Source: Bacillota bacterium | GTDB taxonomy: Bacteria; Bacillota; Clostridia; Christensenellales; UBA1242 | Direction of reading: 5' to 3' | DNA: 64,000 bases | Assembly: GCA_009780375.1 (NCBI GenBank) | Contig: WRAD01000001.1 | Span: forward strand, 48,228 to 112,227 | Shown here: piece by piece, positions 28,000-36,433 of the stretch | Layout: every line of letters starts with the position of its first letter | Numbering within the stretch: the first letter of the stretch is position 1 | Made by a program: the position numbers and the translations under genes | Notes under the pieces: generated by a model | What the model was told of the DNA's origin: nothing | Database searches by the model: none | What the model saw: the letters and a program-made list of their open reading frames with translations, nothing else

Positions 28000-28605
28000 T
28001 TATCCTAGATGCAATCGAATATTTCTTTTTTGTTCCTTATATGTTGTGCTTTTACCGTGTCCATGATGTGCGATTTCAAATTCAATATCCTGAAGTTTTT
28101 CAAGGGTATCTAGCATTAAACGCTCGCCAAATCTTATAAAGTCTGTTCGTCCAATACCCATTGCAAATAATACATCTCCTGTAAATAAATGACCATGCAT
28201 CAAAAAAACGATACTTCCTATGCTGTGTCCTGTACAGAAAAATGGTTTTATTCTAAACAATCCTACTGTTATTTCTTTTTCACTTGTAATAGGCACAAAA
28301 TTTTCAAAATTTTTTGGAATGTTAATTGGTTTTAAAATATTGTTTTGAAAGTCACCTAATCTCAAGTCATCAATAATAACCGAATGACAATAAATAGGGC
28401 AATCAAATTCTTGTATATAATCTGCGATATATGTAATATGATCAAAGTGTTCATGCGTTAAAAATATTGCACTCACGCTTCTTTTTCCAATTATCTTTTT
28501 AACATCACTTACTCTTGCACCTGCATCAAATAAAATAACTAAATTCACCTCGCTTGCAACAAAAGTATTACTGTCAAGCGTTCCTTTAGCAACTTCAATA
28601 TTCAT
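28000..28605 (-). CDS. MBL-fold metallo-hydrolase (glyoxalase II-like)
   Basis: THEHFDH (HxHxDH), a later GHSIG, and a C-terminal HHGHG. Confidence 0.8.
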   Translation of the reverse strand: MNIEVAKGTLDSNTFVASEVNLVILFDAGARVSDVKKIIGKRSVSAIFLTHEHFDHITYIADYIQEFDCPIYCHSVIIDDLRLGDFQNNILKPINIPKNFENFVPITSEKEITVGLFRIKPFFCTGHSIGSIVFLMHGHLFTGDVLFAMGIGRTDFIRFGERLMLDTLEKLQDIEFEIAHHGHGKSTTYKEQKRNIRLHLG

Positions 28606-28808
28606 AAATCCTCCGTTGTATTTTGTGCACTTGTTATGCCATCTCTGTGTTTATAAATCATTGTTGCACGCATACTCTTGTATAAAAACTCGCCTCTGTC
28701 TGTAATCATACTGCGTGCTTTTCTATCAAGAAATTTACAATCAAGTTTTTTACCATCTCGAAATATAATTAAAATTCTTGTACCTCTTGGGAAGTTATGA
28801 TGCAGCAT
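28602..28808 (-). CDS. Small hypothetical protein
   Basis: 68 aa, with an ATGA overlap onto the downstream MBL gene. Extended -10 6 nt upstream of its ATG. Confidence 0.45.
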   Translation of the reverse strand: MLHHNFPRGTRILIIFRDGKKLDCKFLDRKARSMITDRGEFLYKSMRATMIYKHRDGITSAQNTTEDL

Positions 28809-28814
28809 AGATAA

Positions 28815-28823
28815 AGTATAACA
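28815..28823 (-). promoter_or_regulatory. Extended -10 (TGtTATACT) 6 nt upstream of the ATG at 28808
   Basis: Minus strand reads ATATGTTATACTttatctATG. Confidence 0.55.
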
Positions 28824-28879
28824 TATTACTTGTTTTCAAATTGCATATGATATACTTGTATTATTAAGGAGAAATTGAA

Positions 28880-30136
28880 TTGATGCAAAAAACCCGTATT
28901 ACTGCAATCATAGCCGAGTTCAATCCACTCCACAAAGGACATAAATACATAATTAAACGTGCAAAGGAACTTACCGATGGAAACAGTATCCTCGTAATAC
29001 TAAGTGGTAATTTCACTCAAAGAGCAGAACCTGCAATCTTAGAAAAACATACTCGGGCAAGACAAGCAATAATTGCAGGGGCAGATGCAGTAGTTGAAAT
29101 CCCCGCCACCTATGCAACGGGTAATGCCGAAGTATTTGCAAAAGCGGCGGTTAAAATAGCCTGTTCTTTTTCCCATGTAACTCACCTTGTCTTCGGTACA
29201 GAAGCACAGGATTTAACATTGCTAAAACTTATTGCTAAAACCGTTGTGAAAAAGCGTAGGGAGTTTGAACGATCAATGAAATTTTATTTAAAAAAAGGAA
29301 TAAGTTTTGACAACGCTCGAACCGAAGTAATGAAAAGGCTGTTACCGAAAATTCCAGGCGAAGTAATTGAGAAAACAATGCACACACCAAATAATATTCT
29401 TGCAATTGAATATTTAAAGGAACTTGTTCGTCTTAAAACCACCGTTCATCCAATAGGTGTTCAAAGAATAAAAACACCTTCCGCATCACAAATAAGGGCG
29501 GTTGTTGTTTCTAATTCTCAACATGCACTTGCACTTTCTTCATCCGTACATGATACATCTAATCAATCACAAATCATCCTTGATTCTTATAACTCATCTT
29601 TTGGCTTGATTCCTGTTCCGAAACGAAAGATAGATATACCAAAGAGTGCCGATTTGAATTATTTGACAATTGCAAATTTTGAAAAATTCGCCTCGCTCGC
29701 ATTATTTTCATTAATGACAAAACTAAACGAAGAAATTTATAATTCTAACACAGAACTTGTAAATCTGATAAAAAATCTTCATCCAACGACCTATAGACAA
29801 TTAAAGGAACAGGCCCCCACTAAACGGTTTGCTGTATCACGTTTCGCAAGGCTTGCCCTTCATTGCACACTTGATATAACAAAAAAAGATATAAATTTTC
29901 TATATAAAAATACTTATGTGCCATATACAAATTTACTTGCGGTTAAAAAAAGTGGTGATTCGTTATTTGCAACATTGGTTCTTAACCAAAAAACTCCTCT
30001 TATTGTTCGTGGAAATAAAATAAAGCCAAAACAAAACAAATATTATCACGCACTTAAACGCATAGATGAAAAAGCCGAGTTACTTTATGAATCTGTTTCT
30101 GGGGTAAAGGTTCCTAAGAAATGTGAATTCGTTTGA
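28880..30136 (+). CDS. tmcAL: tRNA(Met) cytidine acetate ligase (TmcAL / YlbM, UPF0348 nucleotidyltransferase)
   Basis: N-terminal IIAEFNPLHKGHKYII (HxGH-type) and NNILAIEYLK. AAGGAG SD upstream. A TTG is immediately followed by an ATG, and either could initiate. Confidence 0.75.
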   Translation: MMQKTRITAIIAEFNPLHKGHKYIIKRAKELTDGNSILVILSGNFTQRAEPAILEKHTRARQAIIAGADAVVEIPATYATGNAEVFAKAAVKIACSFSHVTHLVFGTEAQDLTLLKLIAKTVVKKRREFERSMKFYLKKGISFDNARTEVMKRLLPKIPGEVIEKTMHTPNNILAIEYLKELVRLKTTVHPIGVQRIKTPSASQIRAVVVSNSQHALALSSSVHDTSNQSQIILDSYNSSFGLIPVPKRKIDIPKSADLNYLTIANFEKFASLALFSLMTKLNEEIYNSNTELVNLIKNLHPTTYRQLKEQAPTKRFAVSRFARLALHCTLDITKKDINFLYKNTYVPYTNLLAVKKSGDSLFATLVLNQKTPLIVRGNKIKPKQNKYYHALKRIDEKAELLYESVSGVKVPKKCEFV

Positions 30137-30137
30137 C

Positions 30138-31139
30138 TTATTTGACAATAACTGCTTTTGTCAAGCCTCTTGGTTTATCAACATCCAGGCCAAGTTCTTC
30201 TGCAATATACAATGCAACTAGCTGCATAGGTACAATGTTCAGAATTGTTTTTAATACTTGCACCTCGTTTTTATTCTTATTTTTCCAAGCAAATTTGTCT
30301 GGTTCAAGCATATATATACTTGCACCTTTTTGTTTTAATTCATCTGATAACTTGTTCGCCCCATCCCCATCAAATAATACACACAAGCATCGGTTGTCAA
30401 CCATCGCAATTGGGCCATGGCGAAATTCTTTCAATGGATAACCTTCGCAATGTTTATAAGTAATTTCTTTAAGTTTTAACGCAGATTCTTTTGCGGTAAC
30501 CACATCAAAACCTCTTCCCATAAAGAAATATGACTGAATATCTTTGTTTTCTTTTGCAAGTTCCTTGTAAACATTTGCATCTTTTAAAATACTTTCAATA
30601 AACATCGCCATATTATCCCAGTCACATTTTCCACTTGCCAATGCAAACCCAACAAGTACTTGTGCAACATATGCCTTTGTGCTTGCAATGCCAATTTCTT
30701 CACCTGCAAGCACTGGTAAATATGTATCCGCATCCCTAACAATCGAACTTTCTTTAACATTGCAAATTGCCACAATAGGCATGCCTGATTTTTTCATAAC
30801 TGACATCGCATCAAGTGTATCGGTTGTTTCGCCGCTTTGACTTATAACAATACCAAGATCTTGATTGCCAATGACAGGTTTTTCAAATTCGCTTGCAATA
30901 TACACTCGTGCACGTTTACCCACCAAACGTTCGAACATAAGTCCAATCATCAAACCGGCATGATATGCGGTTCCACACCCAACAATGTGAATGCAATCAC
31001 AAAGGTGAATATAATCCTGAAGCCCCAAAAATTCATCACTCTTTACAATCTTTTGGTACTCTTTTGTTAATTCACGAATTACACTTGGAATTTCAAAAAT
31101 TTCTTTTTCGGTAAAGGTTTTAAAATCTTTTTTGCTCAT
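30138..31139 (-). CDS. SIS-domain sugar-phosphate isomerase/aminotransferase (GlmS C-terminal half-like, AgaS/FrlB type)
   Basis: Two SIS repeats (VGCGTAYHAG, ISQSGETTDTL) with no glutaminase domain. C-terminus KPRGLTKAVIVK resembles the GlmS tail. Confidence 0.7.
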   Translation of the reverse strand: MSKKDFKTFTEKEIFEIPSVIRELTKEYQKIVKSDEFLGLQDYIHLCDCIHIVGCGTAYHAGLMIGLMFERLVGKRARVYIASEFEKPVIGNQDLGIVISQSGETTDTLDAMSVMKKSGMPIVAICNVKESSIVRDADTYLPVLAGEEIGIASTKAYVAQVLVGFALASGKCDWDNMAMFIESILKDANVYKELAKENKDIQSYFFMGRGFDVVTAKESALKLKEITYKHCEGYPLKEFRHGPIAMVDNRCLCVLFDGDGANKLSDELKQKGASIYMLEPDKFAWKNKNKNEVQVLKTILNIVPMQLVALYIAEELGLDVDKPRGLTKAVIVK

Positions 31140-31269
31140 AAATTCTATATATGAAAAATCGGATATTATTGTCAGGTCTAGTGACTCTTATGAGTAAGTC
31201 CAAACAAAGAATTTATAAAGGCAAGAAGAGAAGGGTAAAAATAAACTTTGCAATTGCGAAGACATTTGC

Positions 31270-33495
31270 TCATTCCGAATAAAATGCCTCGGTCTTGTCT
31301 TTCATTTCGACAAGAAAATTTTTCAACATAGTAAAACGCTTTTGAATATAGGTATTTTTAACCATCTTTTCAATATTTGCTGCATCTCCAACCAAAACAA
31401 CCATTTTTTTTGCGCGTGTTACCGCGGTATACAAAAGATTCCGAGTTAAAATCATGTATGCACCACTTGTGACCGGAACAATCACAACATCAAATTCACA
31501 GCCTTGACTCTTATGAACGGTAATAGCATATGCAAGTACGAGATTTGCAAGATCTGTACGCATATAAGTTGTAATTCTACCATCTTCAAGTTCCACAACT
31601 ATTTCACCATTATGACGATTAATTCCTATAATCGAGCCAATATCACCATTATATACACCACTTCCTTCAACACCATCCTTTCGCCACTCTTGATTGTAGT
31701 TGTTCGCCGTTTGCATAACTCGGTCGCCTAATCGGAAGAGTGTTTTTTGCATTTGCCCAAACTCGTATTCAGACTTGTCAATATCGGGTGGATTAAGTGC
31801 CTCTTGCAACGCAATATTAATTGCATTCATGCCTGCTTCGCCTGCTTTCATAGGTGTAAGAATTTGAATTTGTGGCGTGTAATCGGTGAAATATTTTTGA
31901 ATACGCCCGGTTGTTAAATTTACAACTTTTTCTCTGATTTGCAATGGGCTTGATGCACTTGCAAAGAAAAAGTCCGAACTTGTGTTTGATAAATCAGGCA
32001 TCTTTCCATTGTTGATTGCATGGGCAGAGAAGACAATCTCACTTTTTTCTGTTTGCCTGTAAATCTCTGTTAATCTAACCGTTGAAATTATACCAGAATC
32101 AATAATATCACCAAGAACACTTCCAGCACCTACACTTGGTAATTGGTCAATATCACCAACAATTATAATGCGTGTTCCAGGCAAGATTTTTTTAAGCAAG
32201 TGGTTGGTTAATTGTGAATCACACATAGAAAATTCATCAATAATCACAACATCACATTCAAGTGCCTCGGTTTCATCATATCCAAACGCCCGTTTATCTG
32301 CACCACCAAAGTCAAGATCTAATGCGCGATGTATTGTACTTGCCTCAAGCCCTGTTGTTTCTTCCATCCGTTTTGCCGCACGTCCGGTTGGTGCAAGTAA
32401 TTTTGTCACAAGTCCTTCTGCTTTGTTAACGTACAAAATTGCATTTACAATTGTGGTTTTACCGGTTCCTGGGCCTCCTGTGATAACACACACGCCACTT
32501 GTGACCGCTTGTTTAACCGCTTGTTTTTGTTTGTCATGAAGTTTTATTTTTCTGTTACGCTCGTAATGATTGATTAATTTATCAAGTTTGTCGTCTGGCA
32601 AATTATCATTATCTTTTTTAATTGCAAGCATATTAAGTCGGGTGGCAATAGACTTTTCTGCATTATAAAATTTTGTTAACGCATATCCTTCGCCAATTGC
32701 CGTCAAGTATTTTTCCAAGCAAAGTTCATAAAGAACTTGATTTAAAACATTTTGTAAATCATCCATTTTTATTCTAAGTAATTTGCAAACATCTGCAGAT
32801 AATTTTTCCTTTGGTAAAAATGTGTGCCCGTCTTGGTCACTTGCCACTTTTAATGTATAAACCGCACCTGCACGCACTCGAAATACACCGTCATAAGGAA
32901 TACCAAGTTCCCTTGCCATTTTATCGGCGGTAATAAACCCAATTCCGTCAATCGTTTCAATAAGTGAATATGGATTGCTTTGAACGCGTTCCACCGTTCT
33001 TTCCCCATAGAACTTGTATATTTTCATCGCCATGTTAAGTGAAATTTCAAACTTTTGCAAAAATAAAATACTTGCCTGCATTTGTTTAATACCTGCATAC
33101 TTTTCTCCAATTACTTTTGCTTTCTTTAATGAAACACCACGCACCGCAATTAATTCCTCTGGTGCATTCTCCATTATCTTTAACGTGTCTTTGCCAAATG
33201 TTTTAACAATGCGTTCGGCGGTAACAGGCCCAATGCCATCAATAAGTCCACTTCCGATAAATGCCATTATCTTTGCAGGTGTGTTAGGTGGCAAAACTTC
33301 GTAACCTGTAACCTTGAATTGCATGCCGTACTTTGCATTGTTGACATAATCGCCCTCTAAATTCATTTCTTGACCACTTGCAACATAGGCAAAGACCCCG
33401 GTTGCGGTAACACCCGATTGTTTAAGTCTTAATACACTGTATCCATTCTCATCGTTATGATAAAGAATGTCTGCCACTTCGTCGGTTATCTTCAC
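31270..33495 (-). CDS. recD2: RecD2-type SF1B DNA helicase
   Basis: HhH-rich N-terminal region, Walker A GGPGTGKTT, DEFSM, IIVGDIDQLPSVG, and the C-terminal SH3/2B region ending AITVHKSQG..YTAVTRAK. GTG start. Confidence 0.9.
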   Translation of the reverse strand: MKITDEVADILYHNDENGYSVLRLKQSGVTATGVFAYVASGQEMNLEGDYVNNAKYGMQFKVTGYEVLPPNTPAKIMAFIGSGLIDGIGPVTAERIVKTFGKDTLKIMENAPEELIAVRGVSLKKAKVIGEKYAGIKQMQASILFLQKFEISLNMAMKIYKFYGERTVERVQSNPYSLIETIDGIGFITADKMARELGIPYDGVFRVRAGAVYTLKVASDQDGHTFLPKEKLSADVCKLLRIKMDDLQNVLNQVLYELCLEKYLTAIGEGYALTKFYNAEKSIATRLNMLAIKKDNDNLPDDKLDKLINHYERNRKIKLHDKQKQAVKQAVTSGVCVITGGPGTGKTTIVNAILYVNKAEGLVTKLLAPTGRAAKRMEETTGLEASTIHRALDLDFGGADKRAFGYDETEALECDVVIIDEFSMCDSQLTNHLLKKILPGTRIIIVGDIDQLPSVGAGSVLGDIIDSGIISTVRLTEIYRQTEKSEIVFSAHAINNGKMPDLSNTSSDFFFASASSPLQIREKVVNLTTGRIQKYFTDYTPQIQILTPMKAGEAGMNAINIALQEALNPPDIDKSEYEFGQMQKTLFRLGDRVMQTANNYNQEWRKDGVEGSGVYNGDIGSIIGINRHNGEIVVELEDGRITTYMRTDLANLVLAYAITVHKSQGCEFDVVIVPVTSGAYMILTRNLLYTAVTRAKKMVVLVGDAANIEKMVKNTYIQKRFTMLKNFLVEMKDKTEAFYSE

Positions 33496-33501
33496 AAATT
33501 A

Positions 33502-33510
33502 AGTATATCA
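33502..33510 (-). promoter_or_regulatory. Extended -10 (TGaTATACT) 6 nt upstream of the recD2 GTG start
   Basis: Minus strand reads TATGATATACTtaatttGTG. Confidence 0.5.
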
Positions 33511-33630
33511 TAGAGAAATTGTTACATACTCAATTACTTCTTCAAAATTTACAGCTGTGGGGCGTTGGGAGCGTCAAATTAGCACACCAAGTGTCGAGGC
33601 AATTATCTTACTTTGTGAATTTTTTAATAA

Positions 33631-33699
33631 TCTAGGAATTATCGCTAAATTTTTTGTACTAGGATCTCGGCTCTAATGCACCGAAAGGTGCTTTTGTTC
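33631..33699 (+). repeat. Dispersed repeat copy C4 (full length)
   Basis: TCTAGGAATTATCGCTAAATTTTTTGTACTAGGATCTCGGCTCTAATGCACCGAAAGGTGCTTTTGTTC. Confidence 0.9.
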
Positions 33700-33770
33700 T
33701 TGCAGTGCCGATTATTTATTAGGCTTAATTGAAAAGCCGCATAAACATTGGTAATGTTGATGTAAAAACC

Positions 33771-33799
33771 TTGACCTTTTTGCCAAAAAGCCGCATAAT
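33771..33799 (+). promoter_or_regulatory. Promoter TTGACC-17-CATAAT, with the ATG 6 nt after the -10 (leaderless)
   Basis: TTGACC at 33771-76, CATAAT at 33794-99, ATG at 33806. Confidence 0.6.
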
Positions 33800-33805
33800 A
33801 AAGAT

Positions 33806-35104
33806 ATGAACTATAACACACTTACGCCAACCGAAAAAAACATAAAAAAAGCACAAAACTTTGCCACAGGCCATTTTACGACCTCTGGAGAGGTTTATAA
33901 TATTGCAATTATAAATTCTGGTACAACTGCCGATTGTTTGTTGTCAAATGTTGTGGCAGGTATAAAACAAGGTGGGGCAATACCCCTTGTCTTTAATTTA
34001 CCTGGGTTTGGGTTTTTAAATAAAATAAATCCCGCCGTTGCAAAATACGCACAAAGTACAAGTATGGTAATTGCCGCAAATACCGAGGCAATTATAAAAA
34101 CCAATATTATCGATGGTGTCGTGGTTGTATCTGATTGTGACATCACAACCGCGGGTGTATTATCTGGATGCTTGAAATGTAACTGTCCTGTGCTTGTTGT
34201 CCCTAATGGAGTTAATCCAAGTTTTGATGTTGATTTTTTAAAGTTAAACGGAAGGGCGGTTGTTAATGCAACAGAAATAGATGGACAACTTGAAAAAGCA
34301 TCTCTTTTAGAGGGTATTCAAGAAAACTCGACCACTCATACTTTTTTCAAGGCAATTGAAGGGTTTGGTCTGGCACTCAAAACTGCGTCTGCAAATATTT
34401 ATCTTTCAGGTAAACAAATTGCGCTTGCACAAAAAACTGGCAAAAAAATCGTTGAATACGCAAAAGATCTTAACGGACCTCGTCGCTTGTTAACAAAAGA
34501 TGCATTGATGGTTGTGGCAAAGAAAATTTTTTCTGATGGTGGTGCAGAGGGTTTCTGTGGTTTTATGCCTATAATTTCACTTCTTATACAAAACGGCAAT
34601 AAAATTCCACATGACTTTTTTATTGATATTGCAAAAAAGTTACCGAATTTTCCACTTATTCTTCTTCGTGGAAGTGCTTGTGAAGACGGTGGTTATGCAA
34701 TAGCAAAAGATAATTTAAATTTCAGTGGCAAAGCTTGGGTATATCACACCCTTGAAGATGCAGATAAAGCAATTTCAAGCGGGGCAATTAACGAAGGGGT
34801 GATTGTTCTTCAAAATTGTGTTGGACAAAATGTTTCATGTATCCTGTATGCAATTGAAGGCATGGAAAAACAATCTCAAATTGCCGTTGTGACCGACGGA
34901 CTTGTTGAACCTTCGTCTGTTCTTGCAATAGTAAATTGTCGTCCTGCATCAAATGAAAACGGTGATTTTGCAAACATACAAACAGGTGACATTATCGAAC
35001 TCGATCTTGCCAAAGGTCGATTCAATACCTCAATTTCCGCCAAAGATATGAAAGCTCGTGCAAAACGTAATTCTGTTAAAGAACAACCAAAGTATTTTTT
35101 GTAA
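33806..35104 (+). CDS. IlvD/Edd-family dehydratase-like protein, short and divergent
   Basis: Collinear with dihydroxy-acid dehydratase (IAIINS..., SDCDITTAG versus CDK.xPG, C-terminal GDIIELDLAKGRFN). Only 432 aa, and the DDG and K motifs are substituted. Confidence 0.5.
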   Translation: MNYNTLTPTEKNIKKAQNFATGHFTTSGEVYNIAIINSGTTADCLLSNVVAGIKQGGAIPLVFNLPGFGFLNKINPAVAKYAQSTSMVIAANTEAIIKTNIIDGVVVVSDCDITTAGVLSGCLKCNCPVLVVPNGVNPSFDVDFLKLNGRAVVNATEIDGQLEKASLLEGIQENSTTHTFFKAIEGFGLALKTASANIYLSGKQIALAQKTGKKIVEYAKDLNGPRRLLTKDALMVVAKKIFSDGGAEGFCGFMPIISLLIQNGNKIPHDFFIDIAKKLPNFPLILLRGSACEDGGYAIAKDNLNFSGKAWVYHTLEDADKAISSGAINEGVIVLQNCVGQNVSCILYAIEGMEKQSQIAVVTDGLVEPSSVLAIVNCRPASNENGDFANIQTGDIIELDLAKGRFNTSISAKDMKARAKRNSVKEQPKYFL

Positions 35105-35129
35105 AATCTATGATATACTTATCCATAGT

Positions 35130-35324
35130 ATGGCAACGAAAGAACAACTGAATGAAATATCAAAGACTATTCCATTAATGAAGACAATACGTTACGGGAT
35201 AATGAAGCCATTTTTCCACCAGACTCTTGAAGACTATTTACGATTAACAGAATGCGAGAAATTCGTCCTTTTTTTGAAAAACACCAAAAACTTGATGAAT
35301 GGAATAACTTTTTTGTCAAGTTAA
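35130..35324 (+). CDS. Small hypothetical protein
   Basis: 64-aa ORF with TGaTATACT 10 nt upstream. No homology recognised. Confidence 0.3.
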   Translation: MATKEQLNEISKTIPLMKTIRYGIMKPFFHQTLEDYLRLTECEKFVLFLKNTKNLMNGITFLSS

Positions 35325-35325
35325 A

Positions 35326-35334
35326 TGCTATACT
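35326..35334 (+). promoter_or_regulatory. Extended -10 (TGcTATACT) 6 nt upstream of the folD ATG
   Basis: Sequence ATGCTATACTGGGTTcATG. Confidence 0.55.
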
Positions 35335-35340
35335 GGGTTC

Positions 35341-36213
35341 ATGAATACAAAAGGCATAATAATCGACGGCAAATTAATATCACAAAAAATTAAAGACGAA
35401 CTTAGGTTAAAAGTTCAACAACATAATAACAAGCACGACACACAAATTGGCCTTGCGGTGGTTCTTGTAGGAGAAAATCAAGCAAGCCAAGTCTATGTAC
35501 GCAATAAAGTAAAGGCATGTGACCAAGTAGGCATAAAGTCTTTTGTGCATAAACTTGATGAAACCATATCAGCAGATGAGGTTACCAGCCTTATCAAAGA
35601 ATTGAACAATAATCCAAATATCAACGGTATTTTAATCCAGCTCCCACTTCCAAAACATTTGAATGAGGATAAAATACTCGCCCTTGTAGACCCATCAAAA
35701 GATGTTGATGGTTTTCATATCCATAATGCCGCCGGACTCTTTCTTGGCCACCATATTAGTCAATCTACTCAAACTCCTATACTTTATCCATGCACGCCCA
35801 GTGGCATAATTGAACTTGTAAAATCTACTGGTGAATCAATAGAAGGGAAACACGCGGTTGTCATTGGACGAAGTAACATTGTCGGAAAGCCTGTTGCGAT
35901 GATGTTGTTGTCTCTTGGCTGTACTGTGACAATTTGTCATTCTAAAACAAAGGATCTTCCGTCTATAACAAAACAGGCAGATATCCTTGTTGTCGCAATA
36001 GGTCGCAAAGAATTTATAAGCGGCGATATGGTCAAGCCTGGTTCGATTGTAATTGATGTAGGTATAAACAGGCACGAAGGCAAAATTTATGGTGATGTTA
36101 ATTTTGATCAGGCAAAACAAATTGCAAAACACATAACCCCGGTTCCTGGTGGTGTTGGACCAATGACAATTGCAATGCTCTTGTCAAATACATTAAAGGC
36201 AAGTGAAAAGTAA
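35341..36213 (+). CDS. folD: Bifunctional methylenetetrahydrofolate dehydrogenase/cyclohydrolase FolD
   Basis: SQVYVRNKVKAC, GILIQLPLP, GRSNIVGKPVAMMLL and PVPGGVGPMTIAMLL. Confidence 0.93.
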   Translation: MNTKGIIIDGKLISQKIKDELRLKVQQHNNKHDTQIGLAVVLVGENQASQVYVRNKVKACDQVGIKSFVHKLDETISADEVTSLIKELNNNPNINGILIQLPLPKHLNEDKILALVDPSKDVDGFHIHNAAGLFLGHHISQSTQTPILYPCTPSGIIELVKSTGESIEGKHAVVIGRSNIVGKPVAMMLLSLGCTVTICHSKTKDLPSITKQADILVVAIGRKEFISGDMVKPGSIVIDVGINRHEGKIYGDVNFDQAKQIAKHITPVPGGVGPMTIAMLLSNTLKASEK

Positions 36214-36281
36214 TCTCTGAGTGTTTCTAAAGTTGATGTAGATAGGATTATACTTTCGTCAAAAGAATTTTCATAAAATTC

Positions 36282-36310
36282 TTGACAAATTTTTCAAAAT
36301 GCCGTATATA
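36282..36310 (+). promoter_or_regulatory. Promoter TTGACA-17-TATATA ahead of a ~120-nt leader of the pot operon
   Basis: TTGACA at 36282-87 and TATATA at 36305-10. The -35 overlaps the palindrome AAGAATTTTcatAAAATTCTT. Confidence 0.5.
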
Positions 36311-36433
36311 TATCTATTGCAATTTTTGCAAACAATAAAACAATTTTTAAGAGAGGTAACTTAGGTTAATCATCGACAGCAGTTCTAAGAAAAAATCATT
36401 TTGAGGGCAAAAGCCAAAAAGGGGGTATTTGAT

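Noticed and set aside
30133-30441. A 102-aa ORF antisense to the SIS-domain gene that starts within the tmcAL stop region.
   Set aside because: It is fully overlapped by a CDS with clear SIS motifs, its sequence is low-complexity, and it has no promoter or SD pattern.
33540-33630. A relatively GC-richer patch (CAGCTGTGGGGCGTTGGGAGCGTCAAATTAGCACACCAAGTGTCGAGGC) upstream of repeat C4, considered as a possible small RNA.
   Set aside because: I could not find a convincing stem-loop, terminator or known RNA motif by eye. It is left unassigned rather than called.
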